A stretch of DNA of 64,000 nt from NCBI GenBank assembly GCA_047601445.1, contig JASGJH010000001.1:7360001-7424000 (forward strand), in the 5' to 3' direction. The stretch's first letter is position 1. Each line of letters starts with the position of its first letter. The notes beneath the pieces were generated by a model. The model ran no database searches, was not told where the DNA came from, and saw nothing but the letters and a program-made list of their open reading frames with translations. Origin of the DNA: Myxococcales bacterium. GTDB taxonomy: Bacteria > Myxococcota_A > Polyangia > Polyangiales > DASUME01. Below, piece by piece: positions 37,566-47,214 of this stretch. Both the position numbers and the translations under genes were made by a program.

Positions 37566-39092
37566 TCAGCGCCGCGCGCGCCGCACCCGCTCGCCGAACA
37601 CGCTCTGGGGATAGGCCGACAGAAACGCGTCCGCGGCGCGCTCGGCCTCGGGCTGACTGCCGAGCGCATAAAGCGCCATCACTTCGATGTAGCGACGTTC
37701 TTCCGTGAGGTAATCGGAGCGGCCGTGGGTGGCCACCTTGCGTACGATGGCGAGCGCCTGGGCGGGATTGGAGCGCAGGAGACTCTCGGCGCGTCCGAGT
37801 GCCTGAGCTTCGAGGACCTCGTCGATGGCCGGCACGGACGCCTCGGCAGGTTCTGCTGGCGCCTGTTTGCGCGGCTCCGCGGGCGTTTCCTGGGCGGCCT
37901 CGGACTGGGTGTTCGCTGTGCGCTCCGTGCTGCGCGCGCGGCTCTCCGTGCTGCGAGCCTCCGTGCGGCCCACGCGCGAGCCAACGCGCGGTGAGCTCAC
38001 CACGAGCGCTCCGCTCGTTGTTGGGCTGGCCGCGTTGTCTCCGCGGCGAGACCCCTCGCGCTGCACGCGGGCAGCGCCTTGAGTGACCTCTTCGCTTGCT
38101 GGCTCGGTCGCGTCGGGGCTGACCTGTAGTGGCAACGCGGACGGCACATTCTCCGCTGCGGTCGCCGCGCTTGGTTCTGCAAGCTCGGCCGCAGGCGGCG
38201 GTTCCGCTCGGCTCGGCAAGAGCTGAAGCGCGGCGAGGAGCGCGGCGCCACTCATGGTGAGCACGATCGCGACCTTGGTGCCCGCCATCGATCCCAACAA
38301 ACCTGGAGCCGCCTGCGGTGCGACCGACGCCGCGCTCCCCGAGCCCGATGGCAAGCGCGCCACGCGGTCGAGGTGGCGCGCGAGCTCGCTCGGCACGTCG
38401 TAGGAGAACGGCATCTCCTTGGCGGTCGCCCGCAAGAGTTCCTGAGCCTCCGAGCCTCGCCACGCAGGCGCAAACCATCCCATGGCCATCGTGAGCATCC
38501 TCGCGCTGCGGGCGAATACCGGTGCAGGCGACGCCCCACGCTCGCGTGCCGCGCGGGGCCGTTCGAGCGCCGCATCCACACCGACCAGGGCACGCTGGAA
38601 CTTCTTGCGAGCTTCGTGCAGCCGCCAATACACCGTGCCCACCGGGACCCCCATGGCTTGCCCAATCGAGGCGCAGGTCTCTTCTTCTGCGTCGGCCAAC
38701 AGCAGCGTCGCGCGCAGCTCGGGCTCGAGCTTGTCGAGCGCGCGCTGCAGACGCACCAAGGAGTCGTGGGTCTGGAGCGTGAGCTCCGGGTCCTGTTCCC
38801 GTGCGAGCAGCTCGTCCGGCTCGGTGCTCGCGAGTCGAGATGCTTGCGCGCGGGCCTTGCGACGCTGCGCAGAAGCGGCGTTGACGGCGATGGCGGCCAA
38901 GTAGCTCGTGGGCTTGGCCGGTCCACGACGGTAGCCACCCCGCTGATGCACCACCAGGAACACCTCCTGCACAGTGTCCTGGATCGCATCCGCCGGCACC
39001 CCGAGTCGAAACAGGAAGCGCGCCACGAACGCGCCGTGCTCTCGAAAGAGCTCCGCTGCGCTCATGTCGCCCTGCTCGGACCGTTCGGCCAT
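37566..39092 (-). CDS. ECF sigma factor fused in frame to a TM-TPR anti-sigma-like region (module 3)
   Basis: GGAGGAG RBS. Sigma regions FVARFLFRLGV...QDTVQEVFLVVH and VPVGTVYWRLHEAR are followed without a stop by a TM segment (VAIVLTMSGAALLAALQLL), a linker and a TPR-like tail FLSAYPQS. Confidence 0.75.
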   Translation of the reverse strand: MAERSEQGDMSAAELFREHGAFVARFLFRLGVPADAIQDTVQEVFLVVHQRGGYRRGPAKPTSYLAAIAVNAASAQRRKARAQASRLASTEPDELLAREQDPELTLQTHDSLVRLQRALDKLEPELRATLLLADAEEETCASIGQAMGVPVGTVYWRLHEARKKFQRALVGVDAALERPRAARERGASPAPVFARSARMLTMAMGWFAPAWRGSEAQELLRATAKEMPFSYDVPSELARHLDRVARLPSGSGSAASVAPQAAPGLLGSMAGTKVAIVLTMSGAALLAALQLLPSRAEPPPAAELAEPSAATAAENVPSALPLQVSPDATEPASEEVTQGAARVQREGSRRGDNAASPTTSGALVVSSPRVGSRVGRTEARSTESRARSTERTANTQSEAAQETPAEPRKQAPAEPAEASVPAIDEVLEAQALGRAESLLRSNPAQALAIVRKVATHGRSDYLTEERRYIEVMALYALGSQPEAERAADAFLSAYPQSVFGERVRRARR

Positions 39093-39154
39093 CGACTCCT
39101 CCGCTGAGTGGAGGTCACCTTTCAGATGAAACCTTGGCGAATTCGTCATCGCAC

Positions 39155-40072
39155 TCAAAAATGATACGAAGGGCCCGCTCCCAGCGTGAAGCCGAGTCGC
39201 GGCAGCGTGCGCATGCCTGCCAGGGTGCCCGCCTCGCTCTCCACCCCAAAGCTCACCTTGTTCAGGGGGACCACCAGGCTCGCCGGCAGCTCCAACCACC
39301 AAGGGCCCGAGACTCTCACCGATAGCGCGAGGCTGTTCGAGGCGGCAAGCCACGCCAGCCACTCCGAGTGCGACTCTTTGTAACCCTGCCCACGCGCTTG
39401 AAGCGCGCCGATGGCGAGGCCGAGGCAGGCGCGCGCGCTCAGCGAGCCAGCGATGGGAAACAGCGCACAAGCGGAGAGCTGTCCGGAGAGCAGCAAGCTA
39501 CGAAAGACTCCTGGAGCGGTGTCGAATCCGGCCGCGCCCGCGGCATCGGCGAAGCCCTCGGCGCGCAGCCCAAAACGTGTCCCGAGCGCTCGCGACCCCG
39601 CCAGCCCTGCGCCCAAGGAAACCCGCGGCAAGAGGCCGAAGCCCACGCGCGCCAGCAGGCTCGCGCCTTGTTTATCGGTGCTGCCGGTGGCGCCGAGATC
39701 ACTCAGCAGCTCGTCGCGCAGGGATGCCTTCAGCCCCATGGCGATGGCCACCGCGAGGCTGGCTTCGAGCTGCGTGCACACGAAGGGTGCGGGCTGAAAG
39801 CGGCGTTTGCCCAGGATGGTCGCGCCGCGTCGGATCTCCATGGTGACATCGCGTGGATCCTGGGGACTGCCGATCACGTCGACGCCGAGATCGGCGTCCA
39901 CCCGATCGCTGCGCAGCCAGGCTTCCACTTGAGGCACCAGCGACTCCGTTTGCACGCAGGTCGCGCCCGCCTGCACGCGGATGGCTTCGGACAGCGGCCG
40001 TCGATCCCGCGCATGGGCCACGCCACCGGCGAGCATGGTGAGCATGCCCACCAACACCACCGGCGCCGCCAT
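39155..40072 (-). CDS. ECF-associated exported protein, copy 3
   Basis: Signal ending AHA-R, ATC...CTQLEASLAVAIA motif, beta-rich C-domain ending in aromatic YHF. Start uncertain. Confidence 0.68.
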   Translation of the reverse strand: MAAPVVLVGMLTMLAGGVAHARDRRPLSEAIRVQAGATCVQTESLVPQVEAWLRSDRVDADLGVDVIGSPQDPRDVTMEIRRGATILGKRRFQPAPFVCTQLEASLAVAIAMGLKASLRDELLSDLGATGSTDKQGASLLARVGFGLLPRVSLGAGLAGSRALGTRFGLRAEGFADAAGAAGFDTAPGVFRSLLLSGQLSACALFPIAGSLSARACLGLAIGALQARGQGYKESHSEWLAWLAASNSLALSVRVSGPWWLELPASLVVPLNKVSFGVESEAGTLAGMRTLPRLGFTLGAGPSYHF

Positions 40073-40331
40073 GCGTAGTACGCCCGCAAACCAGGCGCGA
40101 TCGTAGCGACGGGCGGCGCGGTCGTGAAATCTCAAGGCGAGCACGCATCCTGCCACGCGGCGCTCACCGCTCCTGTCCTGGAATTAGGCCTCACGTTCCT
40201 GTCTATTGACCTCGGTCGCGCCGCTCGGTTCCCGCGCGGGAGCGGCGGCCACTATGGGGCGCGTCTGCGTTGCCTGGGAGGCCAACTGCTCGCCGTGCCG
40301 GCCAACCCTGCTCGGCCGTGCCGAGTGGGCG

Positions 40332-41346
40332 TCAGGTCTCTGCGTCGGGGGTCGAGCGCTCGCGATAGCGGGCCGGGCTGGTTCCCGTCCAGCGTTTGAA
40401 GGCTCTCTGAAAGGTGCTCTGCTGCGCAAAACCCGTTTCGTGCGCGACCTCTTTGAGGGTCCGCAGCGGGTGTTGCAGCAGGTCGCAAGCGAGCTCGATT
40501 CTTGCTGTGCTCCACCAGCTCCGAGTACGAGACCCCTTCTTCGCTCAGGCGTCGTCGCAGGGAACGCGTGCTCATGCCCAGGGCGCGCGCGGCATCCTCC
40601 ATGGCCATCACTTCGGGCAGCTTGCGCTGCACCAGCCGCTTGAGCCGCTCCGCGTAGGTGCTCTGGCCCACCACGCGCTTCAGCACGCGCTCGGCCTGCG
40701 TGGTGAGGAACTCGTGCAGCTCTTCGTTGCGGTGTGCTTGCGGCGAGTCGAGGCCCTCGTGCTGGAACTCCATGAAGGTGTCGGCTTGCTCGAAGCACGC
40801 CCGCCCCTCGAATAGCCGCTCGTATTCGCTCGCATAGCTCGGGCGCCCATGGCTGAAGCCCACGCGCTGCACCAGTGCGCCGGACGCTGCGCCGACCACC
40901 TTCAAGAGGCGCAGCATGGAGACGGCGATCATCTCGCGTCTCATGCGCAGACCCTGCTCGGACGCGGACAGGGGCGTGAACACGAAGCGGCCGTGGTTGC
41001 CCCGCGTCTCGAACTCGACCTCGGGCTTGTCGGCGAGGATGGGTTGAAAGCGCAGGATGGCCTCGATGGCGCTCTGCAGGCTGCGCGCCTGGGCGACCAA
41101 CGGCGGCAACACGTCGTACTGCATCAGCGGCGAGTGCTCGGCCCAGTGCAGCCCCAATGCTTCGTCCCCGGTGAGCTCCAACGCGAGCTCCAGCAAGGCG
41201 TCGAATTCCTGGACCTCGAACCACGCGTAGGGATCGCTCAGTCGACCCGGCGCGAGCCCCGCCCGCTCCAGGAAGGCCTGGGAGCTCACGCCGGAGACGG
41301 TGACCGCTTCGGTGAGCGCCCGTACGTGGATGGCTGAGACCCGCAT
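40332..41346 (-). CDS. AraC-family regulator with N-terminal sensing domain; frameshift near 40499
   Basis: First HTH AARALGMSTRSLRRRLSEEG. The second HTH lies in the shifted frame: IELACDLL...LKEVAHETGFAQQSTFQRAFKRWTGTSPARYR, with its stop at 40332-40334. Confidence 0.85.
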
Positions 41347-41722
41347 GCTCCTTCGCTATCGCTCGCGGGTCGGACCCGGACGAGAGTCGCGCCGCCCGCG
41401 CGGCGTGCATCTTGGGGTGGGGTGTCCGAGGGTGTCAAGGCAGGCCGGTCCGCGCCAGGTGCCGGCACATTCTGGCGCACACGAACGGGCGCGCTCATGC
41501 CCAGCGATCTACGCGAGCGGACCACCATGCGCCGCGCGCCGCGCAGCGCTGCGCATGCCCAGCATTCTGAATCGAAATCTCATGGGCCCAGTGCCCTCCA
41601 TCGCCACGGACGGCTCATCGATCACCTCGCGGGAAGCTGCAGTTTTCGAAGCGCGAATTCACCCGGATCCAACGCCCAAGCGCATTGCTCTGCAGATGGA
41701 CGAAAGCTAGCTTCGCAAGCAC

Positions 41723-43555
41723 TTGTCTTCCTTGTTCGCGCGCTTCGTTTCCTCTCGCGCTGCTCGCTTGCGGCCTTGGCCCAATCGACTCGGGCAGCTC
41801 CGTGTTTTGGGGCATGCGCTATCGGTCCTGCCCTTCAGCGCGCTGCTGCTGATCGCTGCGAGCCTCGCGGGCTGCATCGGGTCCAAGAGCGAGGCGGCCC
41901 ATCGGCTCGACAGTGGTCCTATCGATATCGGCGAAGATGGTTCGCTGCCACTCTCGGACGCGGGCGAGGACGCCGCCACGGTCGACGCAGCACCGCCGGG
42001 CTCCGATGCCGCACACGACGCCGCTCAGCCGGATGCGGCATTCCCCGATGGCGATGCGGGCGACGACGCAGGAGACGCGGCGGTGCCGCGGTCATGCAAT
42101 CGTCACTTGCCGCATGTGCTGGTGCTCTTCGGGGGGGCGCTCGGCCCGAACGATCCGGGCACCAACAATCTGCTCAATCTCCTGAACGAGCAGCGCCTGT
42201 TCTACTCCTCGCGGCCCATCGACGCCGAGGTCGCTTTCCAGAGCGAGGCGACGGGAAACTTCGGCGCCATCGTGATCACGGACTACGAGGCCTACGTGGA
42301 GCTGGAGTCGGCCCACAAGGAGCGCCTCGATGCCTACGCCCGCGCCTGCGACGTGGGGTTGTACTTCCTGCATGTCCCAGCCGGTACGGCGCTTCAGGGG
42401 GGGGACCTCGTGGCAGGATTCGATTCGGTCCTGAGCAACCCACGCGTGGACGCCGATAGCCCCGTGCTGCGCCTCACCAAGGACGGCGGGGCTCTGAGCG
42501 AGACGCTGCCAGGCAAGGGCCGCCCCTTCGTCGTGACCGCGACGCGAGGCTACGCGACCATCGCCTCCGCCACGGCGGGCCCCATGCGCTCGCCCAACAT
42601 CGTCGCCGACGACGGAACCCGCGACGGGGTGCGCAAGATCTTCCACGGTCAGGACTTCACGCGTTACTGGCTGCACGACCTCCTGTTCCTCGATGGCTTG
42701 CAGTGGCTGGCTCCGGTGGAGCTCGGCATCGTGGACGAGCGCTGGTTCGCGGTGGACATCGACGACATCTTCATGCCCGCCTACGACGAGGACCCCAGCA
42801 AACAAATCGTGAAGCTACAGCGCTCCGACGTCGACGCCTTGATCGCCACCCAGCACGCCATCGCTGCCATCACCGGCATGCGCTTTCGCTTTACGCTCGG
42901 CTTCAACAGCGGTTTCTATGAACGCCAGCTCGCGCCCGCCCCCTTCGACGACGTCGACGGCGATCACGCCCTGGTGGAGCACCGCGACGAATTCCACTGG
43001 TTCGATCACCTGCCGGAGCACGAGAGCCCGACCGGTGAGAGCGAGGAAGACCTGGTCGCGTTGATGCAGGAGTCGAAGACCTGGGCCGAAGCGAGCGGCG
43101 TCATCGACTACATGACCAAGTACGCCGTGTCCCCCCGGCACGACGGCGTGGCCAAGCGCTACAAGCCCCTGTTCGATGCCTGGCGCGAAGTCTGGGACCT
43201 TCGCTACACCTCGGCACCGCTCTCGGGCGCGGGCTTCGCGTTCGACGGCGTGCTGGTCTCTCCGCGCCTCGATCTGCGCATCTGGTCGAGTCAGTACTCC
43301 TTCGATCAGGTGAGCCCCGACGATCTCGACGCGCTGGCGGTGGCAGGCGGGCCCGTGTTCCGCGCCATGCTCACGAACCTCACTTCCGTGTTCATGACCC
43401 ACCAGGGCAACTACGCCCGCGACCGCCTGGCTCCACGAGTTCTGCTGGCGGCGCTCCAGAACCTGCATACCTGGACCAATCTGCGCTTCCTCAACGGCAC
43501 GTCCGACCGCGTGGTGGAGCAGTACTTCATGCTCCAGGCCAAGCCCGTTCACTGA
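41723..43555 (+). CDS. Lipoprotein homologous to the N-terminal and N-deacetylase domains of heparan sulfate N-deacetylase/N-sulfotransferase (no sulfotransferase domain)
   Basis: Lipobox LAGC and DAG linker, then motifs colinear with NDST as recalled: YWLHDLLFLDG, RWFAVDIDDIF, EFHWFDHLPEH, YAVSPRHDGV, AWREVW, VFMTHQGNYARDRL, WTNLRF. Start uncertain. Confidence 0.75.
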   Translation: MSSLFARFVSSRAARLRPWPNRLGQLRVLGHALSVLPFSALLLIAASLAGCIGSKSEAAHRLDSGPIDIGEDGSLPLSDAGEDAATVDAAPPGSDAAHDAAQPDAAFPDGDAGDDAGDAAVPRSCNRHLPHVLVLFGGALGPNDPGTNNLLNLLNEQRLFYSSRPIDAEVAFQSEATGNFGAIVITDYEAYVELESAHKERLDAYARACDVGLYFLHVPAGTALQGGDLVAGFDSVLSNPRVDADSPVLRLTKDGGALSETLPGKGRPFVVTATRGYATIASATAGPMRSPNIVADDGTRDGVRKIFHGQDFTRYWLHDLLFLDGLQWLAPVELGIVDERWFAVDIDDIFMPAYDEDPSKQIVKLQRSDVDALIATQHAIAAITGMRFRFTLGFNSGFYERQLAPAPFDDVDGDHALVEHRDEFHWFDHLPEHESPTGESEEDLVALMQESKTWAEASGVIDYMTKYAVSPRHDGVAKRYKPLFDAWREVWDLRYTSAPLSGAGFAFDGVLVSPRLDLRIWSSQYSFDQVSPDDLDALAVAGGPVFRAMLTNLTSVFMTHQGNYARDRLAPRVLLAALQNLHTWTNLRFLNGTSDRVVEQYFMLQAKPVH

Positions 43556-43690
43556 CGGCTCGCGTCGCGAGCACCCACGATGCGGGCTCGCATCGCGAGC
43601 CGGTGGCACTGAGGGATCGTACGGCACCGCCGGGGCCGCCCCTGCGCGCTCGGCTTGACAACAAGGTATACATCGTGTTTCCCATAGGTC

Positions 43691-44599
43691 ATGGCGATCT
43701 CATCCTTGGCGCACAAGAAGGTCTTCATCACGGGCGCGGCCAGCGGTATCGGGCGGGCCACGGCGCGCGCGGCAGCCCGCGAGGGGGCTCAGCTGTTCCT
43801 CACCGATCGTCACCTCGAGCCGTTGAGTGGGCTGGTGAGCGAGCTGCGGCATTCGGGCGCTCAGGTGGCGGAATTCCGGGCCTTCGACATCGCCGATATC
43901 CAGGCCGTTCGGGACTTCGCGGAGGCCATTCACCAGGTCCACGGCAGCATGGACGTGCTGATGAACGTGGCCGGCATCTCCATCTGGGGCAGCGTGGAGC
44001 ACCTGCAGCATCAGGACTGGAAGAGCCTGGTGGACGTCAACTTGATGGGGCCCATCCATGTGATCGAGTGTTTCGTGCCGGAGATGATCCGGGCCGGGCG
44101 GGGCGGGCACCTGGTGAACGTGTCGTCGGCGGCGGGCCTGTTCGGGTTGCCATGGCACGCGGCCTACAGCGCCAGCAAGTTTGGTCTGCGCGGGGTGTCC
44201 GAGGTGCTCCGCTTCGACCTGCGGCGTCATGGTATCGGTGTCAGCTTGGTCTGTCCGGGTGCCGTCGACACGGGGCTCGTGAGCACGCTCCAGGTGCGCG
44301 GTCTCGACACCCAGGGGCCTGCGTTCCAACGCATGCGCCAGCATTTTCAGCGTCACGCCGTGAGCCCAGAGCAGGCAGCCGAGGCCATCCTGCGTGGCAT
44401 CAAGCGCAACCGCTACATGGTCTACACCTCCTTCGATATCCGGATGGGACACTGGTTTCAGCGCAAGTTCTCGCTGCCCTACGAGCTCTTCATGCACGGC
44501 ATGAACTTCGGCTTCCAGCGCTTCGCGGCGGCCTCGTCGTCCTCGGGCAAGCGCGTGCCCAGTCGTCAGGACTCCATGCCCAGGGAGCAACTGCGATGA
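43691..44599 (+). CDS. Short-chain dehydrogenase/reductase (SDR)
   Basis: Motifs ITGAASGIG, NVAG, VNVSS and YSASK (YxxxK). Confidence 0.92.
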   Translation: MAISSLAHKKVFITGAASGIGRATARAAAREGAQLFLTDRHLEPLSGLVSELRHSGAQVAEFRAFDIADIQAVRDFAEAIHQVHGSMDVLMNVAGISIWGSVEHLQHQDWKSLVDVNLMGPIHVIECFVPEMIRAGRGGHLVNVSSAAGLFGLPWHAAYSASKFGLRGVSEVLRFDLRRHGIGVSLVCPGAVDTGLVSTLQVRGLDTQGPAFQRMRQHFQRHAVSPEQAAEAILRGIKRNRYMVYTSFDIRMGHWFQRKFSLPYELFMHGMNFGFQRFAAASSSSGKRVPSRQDSMPREQLR

Positions 44600-45126
44600 G
44601 TCCGCGTCTGCCTCCCGCTGGTCTGGGCGAGCTCGGCGCCGTCAACTGGGTGTTGTGCCGTGTGATCGCCCTGGCCCAGGGCGTGCCGGAGGCGCACCTG
44701 TTCACCACCCTCGGGCGCCAACGTGGGTTGTTCCGTTCGTGGCTGCTGTACTCGGCGCGGCTCATGCCGGGCGGCAGCCTCTCGCGCAAGGAAACCGAGC
44801 TGGTGATCCTGCGCATCGCCCACCTGCGCGACTGCCAGTACGAACGCGATCATCACGTGAAGCTCGGCCGCCGGGTCGGCATCACCGCTGCCTTGCTGCA
44901 AGCCATCGAGGTGGGTCCAAGCAGCGAGGAACTCAACGAGCGTCAGCGCGCGATCCTCGCCGCGGTGGACGACCTGGTGCGCACCAAGAACATCTCGGAC
45001 GCAAACTGGCGCAGCTTGCGCCAACACCTGCAGAGCCCCCAAATCGTGGAATTGTGCCTGTTGGTAGGGCAGTACGAGACGCTCGCCACCACCATCGCCA
45101 CCCTGGGCATCCAGCGGGATTTTTGA
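44596..45126 (+). CDS. Carboxymuconolactone decarboxylase/AhpD-like protein
   Basis: ATGA overlap with the SDR stop; motif ETELVILRIAHLRDCQYERDHH. Confidence 0.85.
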   Translation: MSPRLPPAGLGELGAVNWVLCRVIALAQGVPEAHLFTTLGRQRGLFRSWLLYSARLMPGGSLSRKETELVILRIAHLRDCQYERDHHVKLGRRVGITAALLQAIEVGPSSEELNERQRAILAAVDDLVRTKNISDANWRSLRQHLQSPQIVELCLLVGQYETLATTIATLGIQRDF

Positions 45127-45129
45127 GTC

Positions 45130-45801
45130 ATGCCCGCCGCGACGCGTGAGCCACGCGCGCCGACCAAGCGAGCTTCGACGTCGCCGCAGCCCAAGAAGAA
45201 GGCGGCGCGTCGGCGCAACGCGACCGGCGTGCAACTCGGTGAGGACGAGGTGCGCTCGCGCATCCTGCAGGCAGGCGCCATGGTCTTCGCGCAGAGCGGC
45301 GTGCGGGCGGCCTCGGTGGAGGACATCCTGTTGGTCTCGGGCATCTCGCGCCGCACCTTCTATCGCTTCTACGAGGGCAAGGAAGACGTGATGCTCGCCC
45401 TCTACAACCTGGGTACCGAGGGGTTGCTAGGAGCATGCCGGTTCGCGGTGGCCAGCACCCACGACCCGCTGCTGCGCTTCGAGCGCTGCATCGACGCGCA
45501 CCTCCAGAATGCACGCGGGCTTGCACGACTGATCTTCGTGCTCGGAGGTGAAGCACAGCATCATGAGTCCCCACTGTACGTGCGCCGTCGCGAGGTCCAC
45601 GACCAGCTCGTGCAGCTGCTCGCACACGCTCCCGGGATGCCGGCCCTCGATGAGCTCATGGTACGCGCGATGATCCTGGCCCTCGAGGGGGTGGTCCGCT
45701 TCATGCTCGAGCAAGGGGACGAGGGACGCTCCGTGTCCTCCTCCGAGCTGGCGCGCGCCAAGAAAATGCTGCTGCAACTGTGCAGCGGCGCACTCGCGTG
45801 A
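45130..45801 (+). CDS. TetR/AcrR family regulator
   Basis: HTH segment ILQAGAMVFAQSGVRAASVEDILLVSGISRRTFYRFYEGK. Confidence 0.9.
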   Translation: MPAATREPRAPTKRASTSPQPKKKAARRRNATGVQLGEDEVRSRILQAGAMVFAQSGVRAASVEDILLVSGISRRTFYRFYEGKEDVMLALYNLGTEGLLGACRFAVASTHDPLLRFERCIDAHLQNARGLARLIFVLGGEAQHHESPLYVRRREVHDQLVQLLAHAPGMPALDELMVRAMILALEGVVRFMLEQGDEGRSVSSSELARAKKMLLQLCSGALA

Positions 45802-45880
45802 GCTGGCGGCAAGAAACACCTACGCCGACGGTGTCGAAGCCAGGCAACATCCGACGCTGCCGTTCCGGCTTCGAGGTTCC

Positions 45881-46525
45881 ATGTACCGAAAGCTCTTCGC
45901 TTCGTTCGCCCTGGCTTCGCTCTCCCTGGCTTGCAACTCCGAGGCGCCACGCCCACCCAAGCCAGGTGAGGTCTGCTTCGGGCTGCAGTCCGCTCCCAAC
46001 AACGACGCTTGCGAGCCTCAAAGATGCCTGCAGGAGAAGTACGAGCTCGACGTGAACGACCACGCGGCCACGCTCTCGTGCAACCTGTCTGGCCCCACCT
46101 GTGATCTGCCGCCCAATGGAACGGACACGACCTACTTCGACTTCTTCAAGGATGACTACGAGGTCATCCTTGGCTTCGACAACCGAATCCTCGACGGCTA
46201 CTCGCTGGCGGCCTTCAAGCAATACCTCAAGGACGCCGAAATCGAGTTCAACGTGCGAACCTCCGCGCCGCTCTACGCAACGCTCGCGCAGGGGACCACC
46301 GTCGAGTTCCTCTCTTACGACGCGCCCATCCTTCACGTGCGTGTCAAGGGCGGCGCAACCACGACCAACCTCACGACGACCTCGGATCCCTATCCCTGCA
46401 TCACGTTCCAGGGCCCCAAGTTCTGCACGAGCCAACTGTGCACCTACGAAGCGACCCAGGAGGGCGGCGGGCCCGCGCAGCTGATCGCGGATCTCGAGCT
46501 CGCGGTGCAGCAGCCCACGCCGTGA
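45881..46525 (+). CDS. Hypothetical Cys-containing lipoprotein
   Basis: GAGG RBS, lipobox SLAC, paired Cys residues. Confidence 0.7.
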   Translation: MYRKLFASFALASLSLACNSEAPRPPKPGEVCFGLQSAPNNDACEPQRCLQEKYELDVNDHAATLSCNLSGPTCDLPPNGTDTTYFDFFKDDYEVILGFDNRILDGYSLAAFKQYLKDAEIEFNVRTSAPLYATLAQGTTVEFLSYDAPILHVRVKGGATTTNLTTTSDPYPCITFQGPKFCTSQLCTYEATQEGGGPAQLIADLELAVQQPTP

Positions 46526-46592
46526 GGACGCGGGCCCGGACACGCGCTCCTGGCGTGGGCTGGCACGGGAGCAGGCTACTGCCAGCAGCTTG

Positions 46593-47147
46593 CTAGCGGT
46601 ACTCGTACACCGAGCGAACCCCGTCGACGAAGCCCTGCACGATGGTCTCCAGGCGCGGACCGACCTCTGGGTTGAGCTCGGCTCCGTCGTCTTCCGTGAG
46701 CGTGATCCACTGGTCGAGCAAGAAGAGGCCGCTCACTACCTGACGCGGCTCCAGCGACTGCAGCACGGGTCGGAGTCCGTAGTCGAGCGCCAGCACGTGG
46801 GCGAGCGTGCCGCCGGTCAACAACGGCAGCACGACCTTGCCCTGCAGGCCCCGCTGGGGAAGGAGGTCGAGGAAGCTCTTGAGTACGCCGGAGTAGGCTG
46901 CCTTGTACACAGGGCTGGCCACGATGACGCCGTCTGCTTGCTCGATGGTACGGAGGGCAGAGGCGACCTCGGGTGCGCTGGCATCAGCGTGGATCAGCGC
47001 CTGCGCGGGAAGATCGCGGACCTTGATGATGCGAACGCGAAAGGCATGTCGCGATAGCCGATCCGCGACGTGCTGGGCGAGGGCGGCCGTACGTGAGCGA
47101 GCGCTGGGGCTACCGACCACGAGAGCGATACTGAATGGGTCTGTCAC
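46593..47147 (-). CDS. ssuE: NADPH-dependent FMN reductase
   Basis: Motifs GSPSARSRT, ASPVYKAAYSGVLKSFLDLLP and TGGTLAHVLALDYGLRPVL. GTG start with GGGAGA RBS. Confidence 0.85.
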   Translation of the reverse strand: MTDPFSIALVVGSPSARSRTAALAQHVADRLSRHAFRVRIIKVRDLPAQALIHADASAPEVASALRTIEQADGVIVASPVYKAAYSGVLKSFLDLLPQRGLQGKVVLPLLTGGTLAHVLALDYGLRPVLQSLEPRQVVSGLFLLDQWITLTEDDGAELNPEVGPRLETIVQGFVDGVRSVYEYR

Positions 47148-47214
47148 TTTGTGTTCTCCCTGAAGGGTTGCGTGAGCGGCAACGATGTCGTTCGCGTGCG
47201 CTGGCAGGTGGACG

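Noticed and set aside
39100..39150. Module 3 promoter equivalent to ACGGA-N13-hexamer
   Set aside because: There is only a partial match on the minus strand (ACGAA-N13-CATCTG) and no second copy to confirm it.
43651..43690. Sigma-70 promoter or TetR operator upstream of the SDR gene (TTGACA at 43655, GTATAC-centred dyad)
   Set aside because: There is no -10 element at 16-18 nt spacing and the dyad is weak. It is plausible but not supportable.
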